The position numbers and the translations under genes were made by a program. From assembly GCA_011109175.1 (NCBI GenBank), contig RDEW01000002.1:136299-200298 (forward strand): a stretch of 64,000 nucleotides of DNA. The letters run 5' to 3'. Below are positions 25,400 to 38,332 of this stretch, piece by piece. The notes under the pieces are model-generated. The model worked only from the letters and a program-made list of their open reading frames with translations. It did no database searches and was not told the origin of the DNA. Numbering within the stretch: the first letter of the stretch is position 1; each line of letters starts with the position of its first letter. Source of the stretch: Dicyema japonicum (taxonomy: Eukaryota > Animalia > Dicyemida).

Positions 25400-27874
25400 A
25401 AAGTTCTAGTTTTAAATGTCGAAAGTAAACAACTTCACAACGCGTTAAGCTCAGCAAAATATAAATATTTAAATTTAATTATTAATAATAAATATAAATT
25501 ATATATTTTTATAATTTCTATTAAAAGTTGAGTTCTTATTTTCATCGATCAAATATTAGCGAACAAACTTTCCACAGATTCTTCCTTGACTTTAAGTACC
25601 GTAATTAAGTTCTGATTTGTCTACAATAAGTCAGTATTCAGATTTAGCAGTGTCTTATAAACTAAATTGGCGGACATTCCCAAAAGCTCTCTATAGCGGA
25701 TTAGAATAATTCTGAAAGCTCGCTAAAGATTCATCTTGATGAAACGACTTTAACACCACTCTTATCTGTTTGACATGTAAACATAAACACTTATGCATCA
25801 GAGAAGGAGATTAAAGAACTTCAACAGACAATTAACTGATAAGAGTGTAATGAGCTCAGAGCTATTAAAGAAATCATCCGTAGCATTGTAAGACAAAAAG
25901 AAGAAAGATAAATCGCTAATTCAAATCTACGATTTATTGGTCTCCAAAAGCAAAATCCCGTCGGTGGTTCACCTTAGTTTGATGTAAACCAAACCATTCA
26001 TCAGTCTTTTCTATCGATCGATCTCAATAATCCGTGCGGTTTCATGAGTGCTGGAGAAATTAGTTCTTGGAACAATCTACCACAGCTCACTTGATAAGAT
26101 ACTCGACCAAACTAATTCATTTCTGAAGGCTCAAATAGTCTTAACCTACTTTCACGGAAAATTCTAACAACAAAAATCTTCTTGACGTCTATCCATTGTA
26201 ATCTCAAGTCGTGACTGGTAGACTTTATCAGTGACCACAGAGAACATGTGATATTCAATGTCACCGGTTGAGAATGAGATACGGTTGACCTTCATGCTCT
26301 AAATCCCCCAACAATACCCTTTGTCGTACATTGACGATAGTTGCATCAAGACAATTATTTTCCTTTATGCGAATTAATTTAGGATTCAAAGAGCTACCGT
26401 TAACTTAACAAGTTTATGATCATTAAGAATGTTCGAGAATTAATGATTCCCCCTATCAGAAACTGATCTTCAACAACCAAAGTTCCTACCTTGATAATTT
26501 AAGAAACTCATTTAAAGTCAAATTCTTCCTCAAAATATTTAATTTTAAGACAACCAACGTGTCTGTACTATTTTCGGATATTTTCTATTTTTAATTATTT
26601 ACCCCTGAACCAGGTGGCACGAAACTCAAATGCGGACCAAGTTAGTTAGTTAAGTAACTGCAGCCTCGCTAACTTTTAGGAGACCAGCGACTATAAAGTA
26701 GTACGCAGCAAACACTCGTCACTACCATAGATCCGTCAGTCTTGGCCTTGTAGACGAGCAGTTTACTAATTACGGATATTTAAAAATGTGATTTGGCTTC
26801 AACTCGAGAGGTTGAAAAAAAGACAGAGAACATCTTTTACCTAATTTAATTTTTTTAGGAATTAGCGTGGCGTCATGCGGTTCACCTATCGTTGGCGCTC
26901 AAATGGATACACTTAATTAGTTGTTTACTATAACTTCTTTCTGGGTGTATCCGGCCGGGGTTAATAAATAAAATAATTAAAGTCAGTTAAGAGGGTTTTT
27001 TAAAGTCGAACAAGGTCACGGATAATCTTGCAATCATGAGAACAGCCACATGGTTAGTTTTGCTTTAAATAGATAACACTTTTCTTGAATTTTAACTTTT
27101 TTTTATTTTTAGTTTCTTAAGTAATAATTATGTCTATAATTTAGGCTACTTGAATGGGTAGGTTGTTTTTACCTATTACGTTTGATATCGAAGTCATCCT
27201 GTTAATATCTGGTGACCTTTTGGATCATTGAATCGATCCGACTGACTTTGCCGTCAGCTTGTGGACCTATTATTCCCGATGTCTCCACATATTTAATTTT
27301 TTTCAACTTGCATTATGATGGATTTCATAAGAATCAAAAGCGTAGCATGGTGCACTCCCGACATAAAGAAGATTTCTGTTGATTTCTTCACGTTAGACCT
27401 ATTTACAGTTAATTTAAGATTTCTAATAGTGCAGTAAAACGGTGCAGACATTAGTGCAATATAGATACGTCGTCACATCGAAATTTATACCAACAAAGTA
27501 GTATGCTAACTGATCTATCATGCTTGCTAATAAAAATTCTTTATCAGTTTATGTATGAGCGTGGGAATTTCTACTACTTCTAAATTCTCAAGTACTTCTA
27601 TTAAACTGTGTCAATACTGTCCCACGTTATCACATCCACTTCAAATCAATGAACAATAAACTATAAAATGAACTGTCCCATTAAACATAAAAGTAAAAAA
27701 CTCAAAAAACTTTATTTTACCTAATCTTAGCACGTCTTAACACAAAATTTCCTAAAATACACTTAATTCTCTTTAGAACCGAAGCAAATAAACAATATAA
27801 AAATAGAAATAATAATCATCGCGGTGTAGCACCCAACTCTTCTTCGATAAAAGCAAACATCTCGTATTGCTCCA

Positions 27875-29557
27875 TTAACCTAACTCCATTGGTCGCCTAA
27901 AAACAATGTCATAAATTCTTACATTAAAGGAATGCCGAGCTTCTCTGTCTGATTTCTTCTGCCGATCCCACTCACGTCGCATTTCCGAAGTAACAAAACG
28001 TGAGTTCGGAAATACTTCCTTCTTAGGAGCTCCCAAAATAGATTCCAACAAGTCAGTTGGGTCCAACTTTGAAGTTACTGACGGTTTGAATTCCCTCCTT
28101 TCCACCTTACAAGGCTTCACTGGAGCACGTGGTTTTACTTTCTGAAGATTGTTGGTCTGACTGACAGTAGGAGGGGTGAGGACCATACCAGGCCACGAGA
28201 TATTTTTGTTGACAGGGTGGTTCACAGGCTGAAACAAAGTTTCGATGTCATCCTCATCCTCCACAACCTTTTGAATTTCCCGGGTCTTCTTAGGTCGGGG
28301 CTCCTTAGGGGGCCTAACTGTGTTCTCCAGCACACGTGGCCGAGGAGCACGAGGTCTCGGCTTGGTTTCTATGCATAACTGGTGTAGTCTTACCTTTGGG
28401 GTGTTCCTTGACGTAATCAGCCAAATGCTTCTCAATAACCCGGATTCCCCGTTCGTTCAAATTGTTAGATTTCCCCCCAGAATTCCTATTGCCTTCATCC
28501 TATCAATCTCTTCCCCTAAGAAATCAGCTATTGGCATACTTGGGACGTTCTTTAGCATTTTATTTATCAGCTTCTGCTTCCCAGCCGTAGATGGGACCCT
28601 CTTCCGCTTCTTGGGTGAGATTATATTGCACATAGCATCAACTCTTTCAGACACTTTAATGAGGTTTTCCTTTATTTGCTTGAATCTACAGTGCACGAGG
28701 TAGTGACTGTAGCCATATTTGTTCAGAAAGTGCTCAAACAAGGTCTATGGATTAAAAGGATACTGAACCTGTAGCTTTCTCGCCTGTTCATAGCAATCTG
28801 ATCCAGGAATGTTGTATGCGTAGCTGTTTGAGAACAGCAGCTTCATATCACGGACGAAGTCGTTCATATGTCCACAGCTTTCAGCTCTATTCCTTATGAT
28901 GGTGAGGTCTATGGGGGAACAGATGATGGTTGGGTAGTCAGGGTACTTCTCCAGGTCGACTGGTTTCATAAACGGACGAGTTATATTCTAAACTAAAAAT
29001 GGCCAAAAGACTCGATATTTTTTGTCCAAAATGCCCGCCAGAATTTCGAATGGTTTATTTATAACGACTCTCTTGGCCAGTTGGGAGGACTTTTCAAGGA
29101 CATTTTCCTGACCATATAAAAGACACAAACCTCGGTAGGCAGTTTGGCTGTCAAGGAGTCGAAATAGACTTTAATTGATCGAGCCAGCTTACAGACTCTC
29201 TAAAACTACAAAACTGATGAGAACATCAGTGCTGGGATTGTATTTCAGGCAATTATCGATCATCAAGTCAAAGTCACTTATGCAGGTAGCAGCGTCTTTA
29301 TACCAACCATTGGTGAGTCGTTTGGTTATAGAAGACAAGTCCATTGGATGCTTTATAATGGTGGTGTAATCCTGAGATTAGTTAAGGAATTACTGGAATA
29401 CACAAAAGAATAGGGTTGATTGTTGTCCTGAATGGGTGCGAATGATTGTGATTGATAACAGAGGGAATTATTTCGGACATTAGTATCTTTAGCTTATTGG
29501 TGAGGGGGTATCGCTTGTTGGGTCAGGAATTGTGGAGATATGAATTGGATTATGCAT
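27875..29557 (-). CDS. BET-family bromodomain protein, copy 3 (one homopolymer indel)
   Basis: Intact except C6 instead of C7 at ~28475. Confidence 0.8.
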
Positions 29558-32028
29558 AAAGTTCTAGTTTTAAATGTCGAAAGTAAACAACTTCACAACG
29601 CGTTAAGCTCAGCAAAATATAAATATTTAAATTTAATTATTAATAATAAATATAAATTATATATTTTTATAATTTCTATTAAAAGTTGAGTTCTTATTTT
29701 CATCGATAAAATATTAGCGAACAAACTTTCCACAGATTCTTCCTTGACTTTAAGTACCATAATTAAGTTCTGATTTGTCTACAATAAGTCAGTATTCAGA
29801 TTTAGCAGTTTGTTATGAACTAAATTGGCGGACATACCCAAAAGCTCTCTATAGCGGATTAGAATAATTCTGAAAGCTCGCTAAAAATTCATCTTGATGA
29901 AACGACTTTAACACCACTCCTATCTGTTTGACATGTAAACATAAACACTTATGCATCAGAGAAGGAGATTAAAGAACTTCAACAGACAATTAACTGATAA
30001 GAGTGTAATGAGTTCAGAGTTATTAAAGAAATCATCCGTAGCATTGTAAGAAAAAAAGAAGAAAGATAAATTGCTAATTCAAATCTACGATTTATTGGTC
30101 TCCAAAAGCAAAATCCCGTCGGTGGTTCACTTTAGTTTGATGTGAACCAAACCATTCATCAGTCTTTTCTATCGATCGATCTCAATAATCCGTGCGGTTT
30201 CATGAGTGCTGGAGAAATTAGTTCTTAGAACAATCTACCACAGCTCACTTGATAAGATACTCGACCAAACTAATTCATTTCTGACGGCTCAAATAGTCTT
30301 AACTTACTTTCACGGAAAATTCTAACAACAAAAATCTTCTTGACATCTATCCATTGTAATCTCAAGTCGTGACTGGTAGACTTTATCAGTGACCACAGAG
30401 AACATGTGATATTCAATGTCACCGGTTGAGAATGAGATACGGTTGACTTTCATGCGCTAAATCCACCAACAATACCCTTTGTCGTACATTGACGATAGTT
30501 GCATCAAGACAATTATTTTCCTTTATGCGAATTAATTTAGGATTCAAAGAGCTACCGTTAACTTAACAAGTTTATGATCATTAAGAATGTTCGAGAATTA
30601 ATGATTCCCCCTATCAGAAACTGATTTTCAACAACCAAAGTTCCTACCTTGATAATTTAAGAAACTCATTTAAAGTCAAATTCTTCCTCAAAATATATAA
30701 TTCTAAGACAACCAACGTGTCTGTACTATTTTCGGATATTTTCTATTTTTAATTATTTACCCCTGAACCAGGTGGCACGGAACTCAAATGCGGACCAAGT
30801 TAGTTAGTTAAGTAACCCCAGCCTCGCTAACTTTTAGGAGACCAGCGACTATAAAGTAGTACGCAGCAAACACTGGTCACTCCCATAGATCCGTCAGTCT
30901 TGGCCTTGTAGATGAGCAGTTTACTAATTACGGATATTTAAAAATGTAATTTGGCTTCAACTCGAGAGGTTGAAAAAGAGACAGAGAACATTTTTACCTC
31001 ATTTAATTTTTAGGAATTAGCGTGGCGTCATGCGGTTTACCTATTGTTGGCGCTCAATGGATACACTTAATTAGTTGTTTACTATAACTTCTTTCTGGGT
31101 GTATCCGGCCGGGGTTAATAAATAAAATAATTAAAGTCAGTTAAGAGGGTTTTTTAAAGTCGAACAAGGTCACGGATAATCTTGCAATCATGAGAACAGC
31201 CACATGGTTAGTTTTGCTTTAAATAGATAACACTTTTCTTGAATTTTAACTTTTTTTTATTTTTAGTTTCTTAAGTAATAATTATGTCTATAATTTAGGC
31301 TACTTGACTGAGTAGGTTGTTTCTGCCTATTACGTTTGATATCGAAGTCATCCTGTTAATATCTGGTGACCTCTTGGATCATTGAATCGATCCGACTGAC
31401 TTTGCCGTCAGCTTGTGGACTATTATTCCCGATGTCTCCACATATTTAATTTTTTTAACTTGCATTATGATGGATTTTATGAGAATCAAAAGCGTAGCAT
31501 GGTGCACTCCCGACATAAAGAAGATTTCCGTTGATTTCTTCACGTTAGACCTATTTACAGTTAATTTAAGATTTCTAATAGTGCAGTAAAACGGTGCAGA
31601 CATTAGTGCAATATAGATACGTCGTCACATCGAAATTTATACCAACAAAGTAGTATGCTAACTGATCTATCATGCTTGCTAATAAAAATTCTTTACCAGT
31701 TTATGTATGAGCGTGGCAATTTCTACTACTTCTAAATTTCTCAAGTACTTCTATTAAACTGTGTCAATACTGTCCCACGTTATCACATCCACTTCAAATC
31801 AATGAACAATAAACTATAAAATGAACTGTCCCCATTAAACATAAAAGTAAAAAACTCAAAAAACTTTATTTTACCTAATCTTAGCACGTCTTAAGACAAA
31901 ATTTCCTAAAATACACTTAATTCTCTTTAGAACCGAAGCAAATAAACAATATAAAAATAGAAATAATAATCATCGCGGTGTAGCACCCAACTCTTCTTCG
32001 ATAAAAGCAAACATCTCGTATTGCTCCA

Positions 32029-33713
32029 TTAACCTAACTCCATTGGTCGCCTAAAAACAATCTTATAAATTCTTACATTAAAGGAATGCCGAGCTTCTCT
32101 GTCTGATTTCTTCTGCCGATCCCACTCACGTCGCATTTCCGAAGTAACAAAACGTGAGTTCGGTAATACTTCCTTCTTAGGAGCTCCCAAAATAGATTCC
32201 AACAAGTCAGTTGGGTCCAACTTTGAAGTTACTGACGGTTTGAATTCCCTCTTTTCCACCTTACAAGGCTTCACTGGAGCACGTGGTTTTACTTTCTGAA
32301 GGTTGTTGGTCTGACTGACAGTAGGAGGGGTGAGGACCATACCAGGCCACGAGATATTTTTGTTAACAGGGTGGTTCACAGGCTGAAACAAAGTTTCGAT
32401 GTCATCCTCATCCTCCACAACCTTTTGAATTTCCCGGGTCTTCTTAGGTCGGGGCTCCTTAGGGGGCCTAACTGTGTTCTCCAGCACACGTGGCCGAGGA
32501 GCACGCGGTCTCGGCTTGGTTTCTATGCATAACTGGTGTAGTCTTACCTTTGGGGTGTTCCTTGACGTAATCAGCCAAATGCTTCTCAATAACCCGGATT
32601 CCCCGTTCGTTCAAATTGTTAGATTTCCCCCCCAGAATTCCTATTGCCTTCATCCTATCAATCTCTTCCCCTAAAAAATCAGCTATTGGCCTACTTGGGA
32701 CGTTCTTTAGCATTTTATTTATCAGCTTCTGCTTCCCAGCCGTAGATGGGACCCTCTTCCGCTTCTTGGGTGAGATTATATTGCACATAGTATCAACTCT
32801 TTCAGACACTTTAATAAGGGTTTCCTTTATTTGCTTGAATCTACAGTGCACGAGGTAGTGACTGTAGCCATATTTGTTCAGAAAGTGCTCAAACAAGGTC
32901 TATAGATTAAAAGGATACTGAACCTGTAGCTTTCTCGCCTGTTCATAGCAATCTGATCCAGGAATGTTGTATGCGTAGCTGTTTGAGAACAGCAGCTTCA
33001 TATCACGGACGAAGTCGTTCATATGTCCACAGCTTTCGGCTCTATTCCTTATGATGGTGAGGTCTATGGGGGAACAGATGATGGTTGGGTAGTCAGGGTA
33101 CTTCTCCAGGTCGACTGGTTTCATAAACGGACGAGTTATATTCTAAACTAAAAATGGCCACAAGACTCGATATTTTTTGTCCAAAATCCCCGCCAGAATT
33201 TCGAATGGTTTATTTATAACGACTCTCTTGGCCAGTTGGGAGGACTTTTCAAGGACATTTTCCTGACCATATAAAAGACACAAACCTCGGTAGGCAGTTT
33301 GGCTGTCAAGGAGTCGAAATAGACTTTAATTGATCGAGCCAGCTTACAGACTCTCTAAAACTACAAAACTGATGAGAACATCAGTGCTGGGATTGTATTT
33401 CAGACAATTATCGATCATCAAGTCAAAGTCACTTATGCAGGTAGCAGCGTCTTTATACCAACCATTGGTGAGTCGTTTGGTTATAGAAGACAAGTCCATT
33501 GGATGCTTTATAATGGTGGTGTAATCCTGAGATTAGTTAAGGAATTACTGGAATACACAAAAGAATAGGGTTGATTGTTGTCCTGAATGGGTGCGAATGA
33601 TTGTGATTGATAACAGAGGGAATTATTTCGGACATTAGTATCTTTAGCTTATTGGTGAGGGGGTATCGCTTGTCTGGGTCGGGAATTGTGGATATATGAA
33701 TTGGATTATGCAT
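32029..33713 (-). CDS. BET-family (BRD2/3/4, fsh-like) protein, copy 4, intact, ~513 aa, 7 exons
   Basis: BD1 TNKLKIL..HPF..LCIP/DYTTIIKHPMDL..NCLKYN..LPTE; BD2 RPFMKPVD..PDY..FSNSYAYN..ARKLQ/TLFE; ET-like helices; six 22-25 nt introns (143 nt total) leave 1542 nt in frame. Confidence 0.9.
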
Positions 33714-35499
33714 AAAGTTCTAGTTTTAAATGTCGAAAGTAAACAACTTCACAACGCGTTAAGCTCAGCAAAATATAAATATTTAAATTTAATTTTTAAT
33801 AATAAATATAAATTATATATTTTTATAATTTCTATTAAAAGTTGAGTTCTTATTTCCATCGATCAAATATTAGCGAACAAAATTTCCACAGATTCTTCCT
33901 TGACTTTAAGTACCGTAATTAAGTTCTGATTTGTCTACAATAAGTCAGTATTCAGATTTAGCAGTGTCTTATAAACTAAATTGGCGGACATTCCCAAAAG
34001 CTCTCTATAGCGGATTAGAATAATTCTGAAAGCTCGCTAAAGATTCATCTTGATGAAACGACTTTAACACCACTCTTATCTGTTTGACATGTAAACATAA
34101 ACACTTATGCATCAGAGAAGGAGATTAAAGAACTTCAACAGACAATTAACTGATAAGAGTGTAATGAGCTCAGAGCTATTAAAGAAATCATCCGTAACAT
34201 TGTAAGACAAAAAGAAGAAAGATGAATCGCTAATTCAAATCTACGATTTATTGGTCTCCAAAAGCAAAATCCCGTTGGTGGTTCACCTTAGTTTGATGTA
34301 AACCAAACCATTCATCAGTCTTTTCTATCGATCGATCTCAATAATCCGTGCGGTTTCATGAGTGCTGGAGAAATTAGTTCTTGGAACAATCTACCACAGC
34401 TCACTTGATAAGATACTCGACCAAACTAATTTATTTCTGACGGCTCAAATAGTCTTAACCTAATTTCACGGAAAATTCTAACAACAAAAATCTTTTTGAC
34501 GTCTATCCATTCTAATCTCAAGTCTGACTGGTAGACTTTATCAGTGACCACAGAGAACATGTGATATTCAATGTCACCGGTTGAGAATGAGATAGGGTTG
34601 ACCTTCATGCGCTAAATCCACCAACAATACCCTTTGTCGTACATTGACGATAGTTGCATCAAGACAATTATTTTCCTTTATGCGAATTAATTTAGGATTC
34701 AAAGAGCTACCGTTAACTTAACAAGTTTATGATCATTAAGAATGTTCGAGAATTAATGATTCCCCCTATCAGAAACTGATTTTCAACAACCAAAGTTCCT
34801 ACCTTGATAATTTAAGAAACTCATTTAAAGTCAAATTCTTCCTCAAAATATATAATTCTAAGACAACCAACGTGTCTGTACTATTTTCGGATATTTTCTA
34901 TTTTTAATTATTTACCCCTGAACCAGGTGGCACGAAACTCAAATGCGGACCAAGTTAGTTAGTTAAATAACCCCAGCCTCGCTAACTTTTAGGAGACCAG
35001 CGACTATAAAGTAGTACGCAGCAAACACTGGTCACTCCCATAGATCCGTCAGTCTTGGCCTTGTAGATGAGCAGTTTACTAATTACGGATATTTAAAAAT
35101 GTAATTTGGCTTCAACTCGAGAGGTTGAAAAAGAGACAGAGAACATTTTTTACCTCATTTAATTTTTTAGGAATTAGCGTGGCGTCATGCGGTTTACCTA
35201 TTGTTGGCGCTCAATGTAAGTTCTGCATGAAAAAGGACCGTTCTACATTCCCTACTCTTCTACGTCCTTCAGAGAAGTAGCCTACCGAGGTGTTATTATT
35301 GTTAACCCCAGCCTTACAATAGTAGCCCAGCACAAAAACTCATAACGAATTAATCATCGCCTCACGGGTGGGATCTGTATGATGAGAATTGACCTTCGCT
35401 GAAAACTCCACCTTTCGGATTCAAAGCAACGACCTTCAGATCCGATGTCATCAGACGTGAGGCAAAAGGCCTTGGATCAATAGAAAAGATTATCAGACG

Positions 35500-35860
35500 T
35501 TCAAGCAAAAGCCGTGGAAAAGAGATAAAAGTTATCGTCTAATTAAGTGATCCCAGTGTCCATACCAGTCTTTTTCTCGCGGTTAGTTTTGGGGTCCTGG
35601 ATTAATCTCCACAGCGGGGAAGGTTTCTTCTCATATCTCGGACAGGCGTCCATATATAGTCTGATGCCCGTATTTCTTTTCATGGTGAGGTATACGTCAC
35701 TACATGTGACTTTCCTGGTGATATATTCAGACGATTCTCCAGGAACTAAAGACCCATCAGGTTTAGTAGATCTTGCACTGACTGTGTAGCCTCCTCGATT
35801 CTTCGATGTTTCGAGATCATCCGCATACGATAAAAGAATTGTGTTTTTGGTGGTTGGGGA
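35500..35860 (-). mobile_element. Ingi/Vingi-like LINE fragment (RT fused to 3' end)
   Basis: LLSYADDL, NRLNISPGKS, then the same 3' end as 12300-12440. Confidence 0.7.
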
Positions 35861-35957
35861 TGTGAGGTCATACCTAATTCTAAAATATATATTCTATTGT
35901 TATTGATTTATTATTTATTAAAATAAATAGTTGTATTATTCGACTACGTCACGTTGA

Positions 35958-36912
35958 ATGCGGCATCTAGCAGTCCTTTCACGTATTCTCCACAACCGAA
36001 TATCAAATAATATAAAAGTAAAAATAATTAATTAGTAGAATTATAAATCAAATCAACCAACAAAAAGATATTTGGTATTTAAATATATGGTACTTAGAGT
36101 AAACGAAACACGACGGATGATGAAGCATTTGGGGTATCTAAATTTAAATATTTTAGCCCACTTGGCGTTCTGTAACAATTACGGGAATTGTGGGCCTTAC
36201 GGTCTTTGGGATATTTTATTATATCAACGAAAAAGAAAAAAAGGGTATAAATTGATTAATCTCTTAGAGAAGCTGAGAAATCGGTATAAAAGCCTAGGGA
36301 AGATGGCTTTGGGAGGCGACTATGAACTTATTAATCACAACAACGTGAAAGTCACAAATAAAGACTTTCTTGGACACTGGATTGTCCTTTATTTTGGATT
36401 CTGCCACTGTCCTGATATTTGCCACGAGGAATTGGAAAAATTGGTGGAAGGACTCAAAATTATTGGTCCCCCTTTTGATTAATCCAGACAACTCCCCAAG
36501 ACGGCTTATGAAGCTGCGAAGGACCAATTTAAAGAGACCAGTTGTATGGCCGGTCTTCATTTCTATTGACCCCGACCGAGACACCGTGGAAGTCGTCAAA
36601 GACTACGTCCAAGGTTATCTTGTGGTTTACCAGAGACTTTTCTTCCCATGGTTGGGTTGACGGGATCTCAGGAGCAGGTGGCTACGGCTGCTAAGGCCTT
36701 CCGTGTGTATTATAGTAAGGGACCAATGGATGAAGATGGAGACTATATAGTAACTGTGGTTTGATAATTTGTAGGTCGACCATTCTATTGTGATGTACTT
36801 GGTGGACCCAGATGGCAATTTTGTGGATTTTTATGGAAGAGAGAGAACGAGTAGTGACCTTGCTAGCGGCATTATTAAGCATATGGAGGAATACGACCAA
36901 CTTGAGGACTAG
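35958..36912 (+). CDS. SCO1: Cytochrome c oxidase assembly copper chaperone SCO1/SCO2
   Basis: Arg-rich presequence, TM ([13 protein letters not shown]), [15 protein letters not shown] (CxxxC), [30 protein letters not shown]. Confidence 0.92.
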
Positions 36913-37449
36913 TGTGCTCTTATTTGGTGGATGAGGTTCAATATTGTCTTTCTGAGTTTGATTGTTATTTATGAAATTAAAAATTTCTCCGACTATTAAT
37001 CACTGGGGGATATTAAATGGATTGTGATTTTGTCATATTCAGAAAACACGTGCTGAAGATGTGGGAATATTTTAAAGCTATCTTCGATCTAAATTATATC
37101 GATTTATATCCCATTTAGATCGGCTACCCCCATATTTTAGGTTTTAAATCTGAGTTATCAAGTTATTTTTGTGAGAAACGGTTTCGAGCCAAATCACTTA
37201 AAGGGTACTGAAGCTAATTGGAAGTTGATTTCACATCCCCTTTGTACTTAAAGGTCCTAAAAATAAGAGAGTCGTAACTCTACGTGTTTAATTTTAACTC
37301 TACTATACAGCCCACTGTGAGAAAGTGGATAATTGGTAGTAAGATTTAGGATGTGACGTACCTCTGTGCACGAAATGCTAACTTAGCTTAATGACGAGGT
37401 AAGTAAAACCATGACTTCCTTGTTCTTGAGTATGGACGAGGTAAAACCA

Positions 37450-38230
37450 TTGGACCACCGAATTATAATTTGACGGTCTCTTATTACTCACTACTATTCT
37501 AATCAAAAATTTCTTGGTGGTCGATCCAAGAGAAAACATCCATGCACGTGTCCGTCATCCTGGTCAGTAGAGAATTCTAGAAAGGAGAGTGAAATCTTCC
37601 TGACAAGGGTATTACGGACCATTAGTGACAAGAGGGGTGTGCAGGAAGAGAAATGTTTATAAAACGGAGAATTCTCAAACCGTCGAATCTAACCGGTATT
37701 TGGGCCTGCTTCCATGAAGCTTCCTCAAATTGGATATTGAAGATACTCTCCATTGCTTAGCGAATGATCCCGTTAATGTGTGCTAGTTGGCCATATTTGG
37801 TGAAATAGGGTCAGCCTTGAGGACATACTTCTGTATGGTGAGACTTTAGCTGGATAATGAGGTATATTTGTCAAGCAAAATAAATGATCCACAATTCCCT
37901 CCAGTAGTTGTCGTTTGTCACTTTAACTTTTCCAATTGCACATCCAGTAATCGGGGATCGAAGGAATATAAGGTCTTCGCAAAAAATAGAAACTTCTCAG
38001 GGAAGCAAAATTGAAAATTCCAGATCGGTGAACACACAATTGGAGATTTTACAATTTTCCGAATTAAGTTACAACCAGCTTCAGACAAGGCAGGAATCTT
38101 AACTTCCAACTCGGAAGAACGTCTCTGGAAGTTCTCAGTATGCATTGTTAAGGAATTGAATGTATAGATAGGAACTTTGACAATGTAGGCGTAGAACATC
38201 TGGAAAATTATTGGCAATTAGGCGACGTTA
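37450..38230 (-). mobile_element. CRE-type RT/thumb remnant
   Basis: IR*AMESIFNIQFEEASWKQAQIPVRFDGLRI resembles CRE W.QA.LPVR.GGLGI; upstream SPI motif; frameshifted. Confidence 0.6.
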
Positions 38231-38332
38231 TTGGATAAAATTAAAAAAAATTATTATTTTTAATATATGAATTATTTAAATAATATTTTTATGATTGGCG
38301 GGAGAAACTTGGGTCATTTCTGTGTAGCTTTA

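Larger units (their letters stand above)
18561..35216. repeat. Tandem array of four ~4.16-kb units (starts 18561, 22726, 26904, 31058)
   Basis: Direct sequence identity; junctions ggcgctcaa|tggatacac; unit lengths 4165, 4178, 4154 and 4157 bp; scattered substitutions and small indels between units. Confidence 0.98.
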
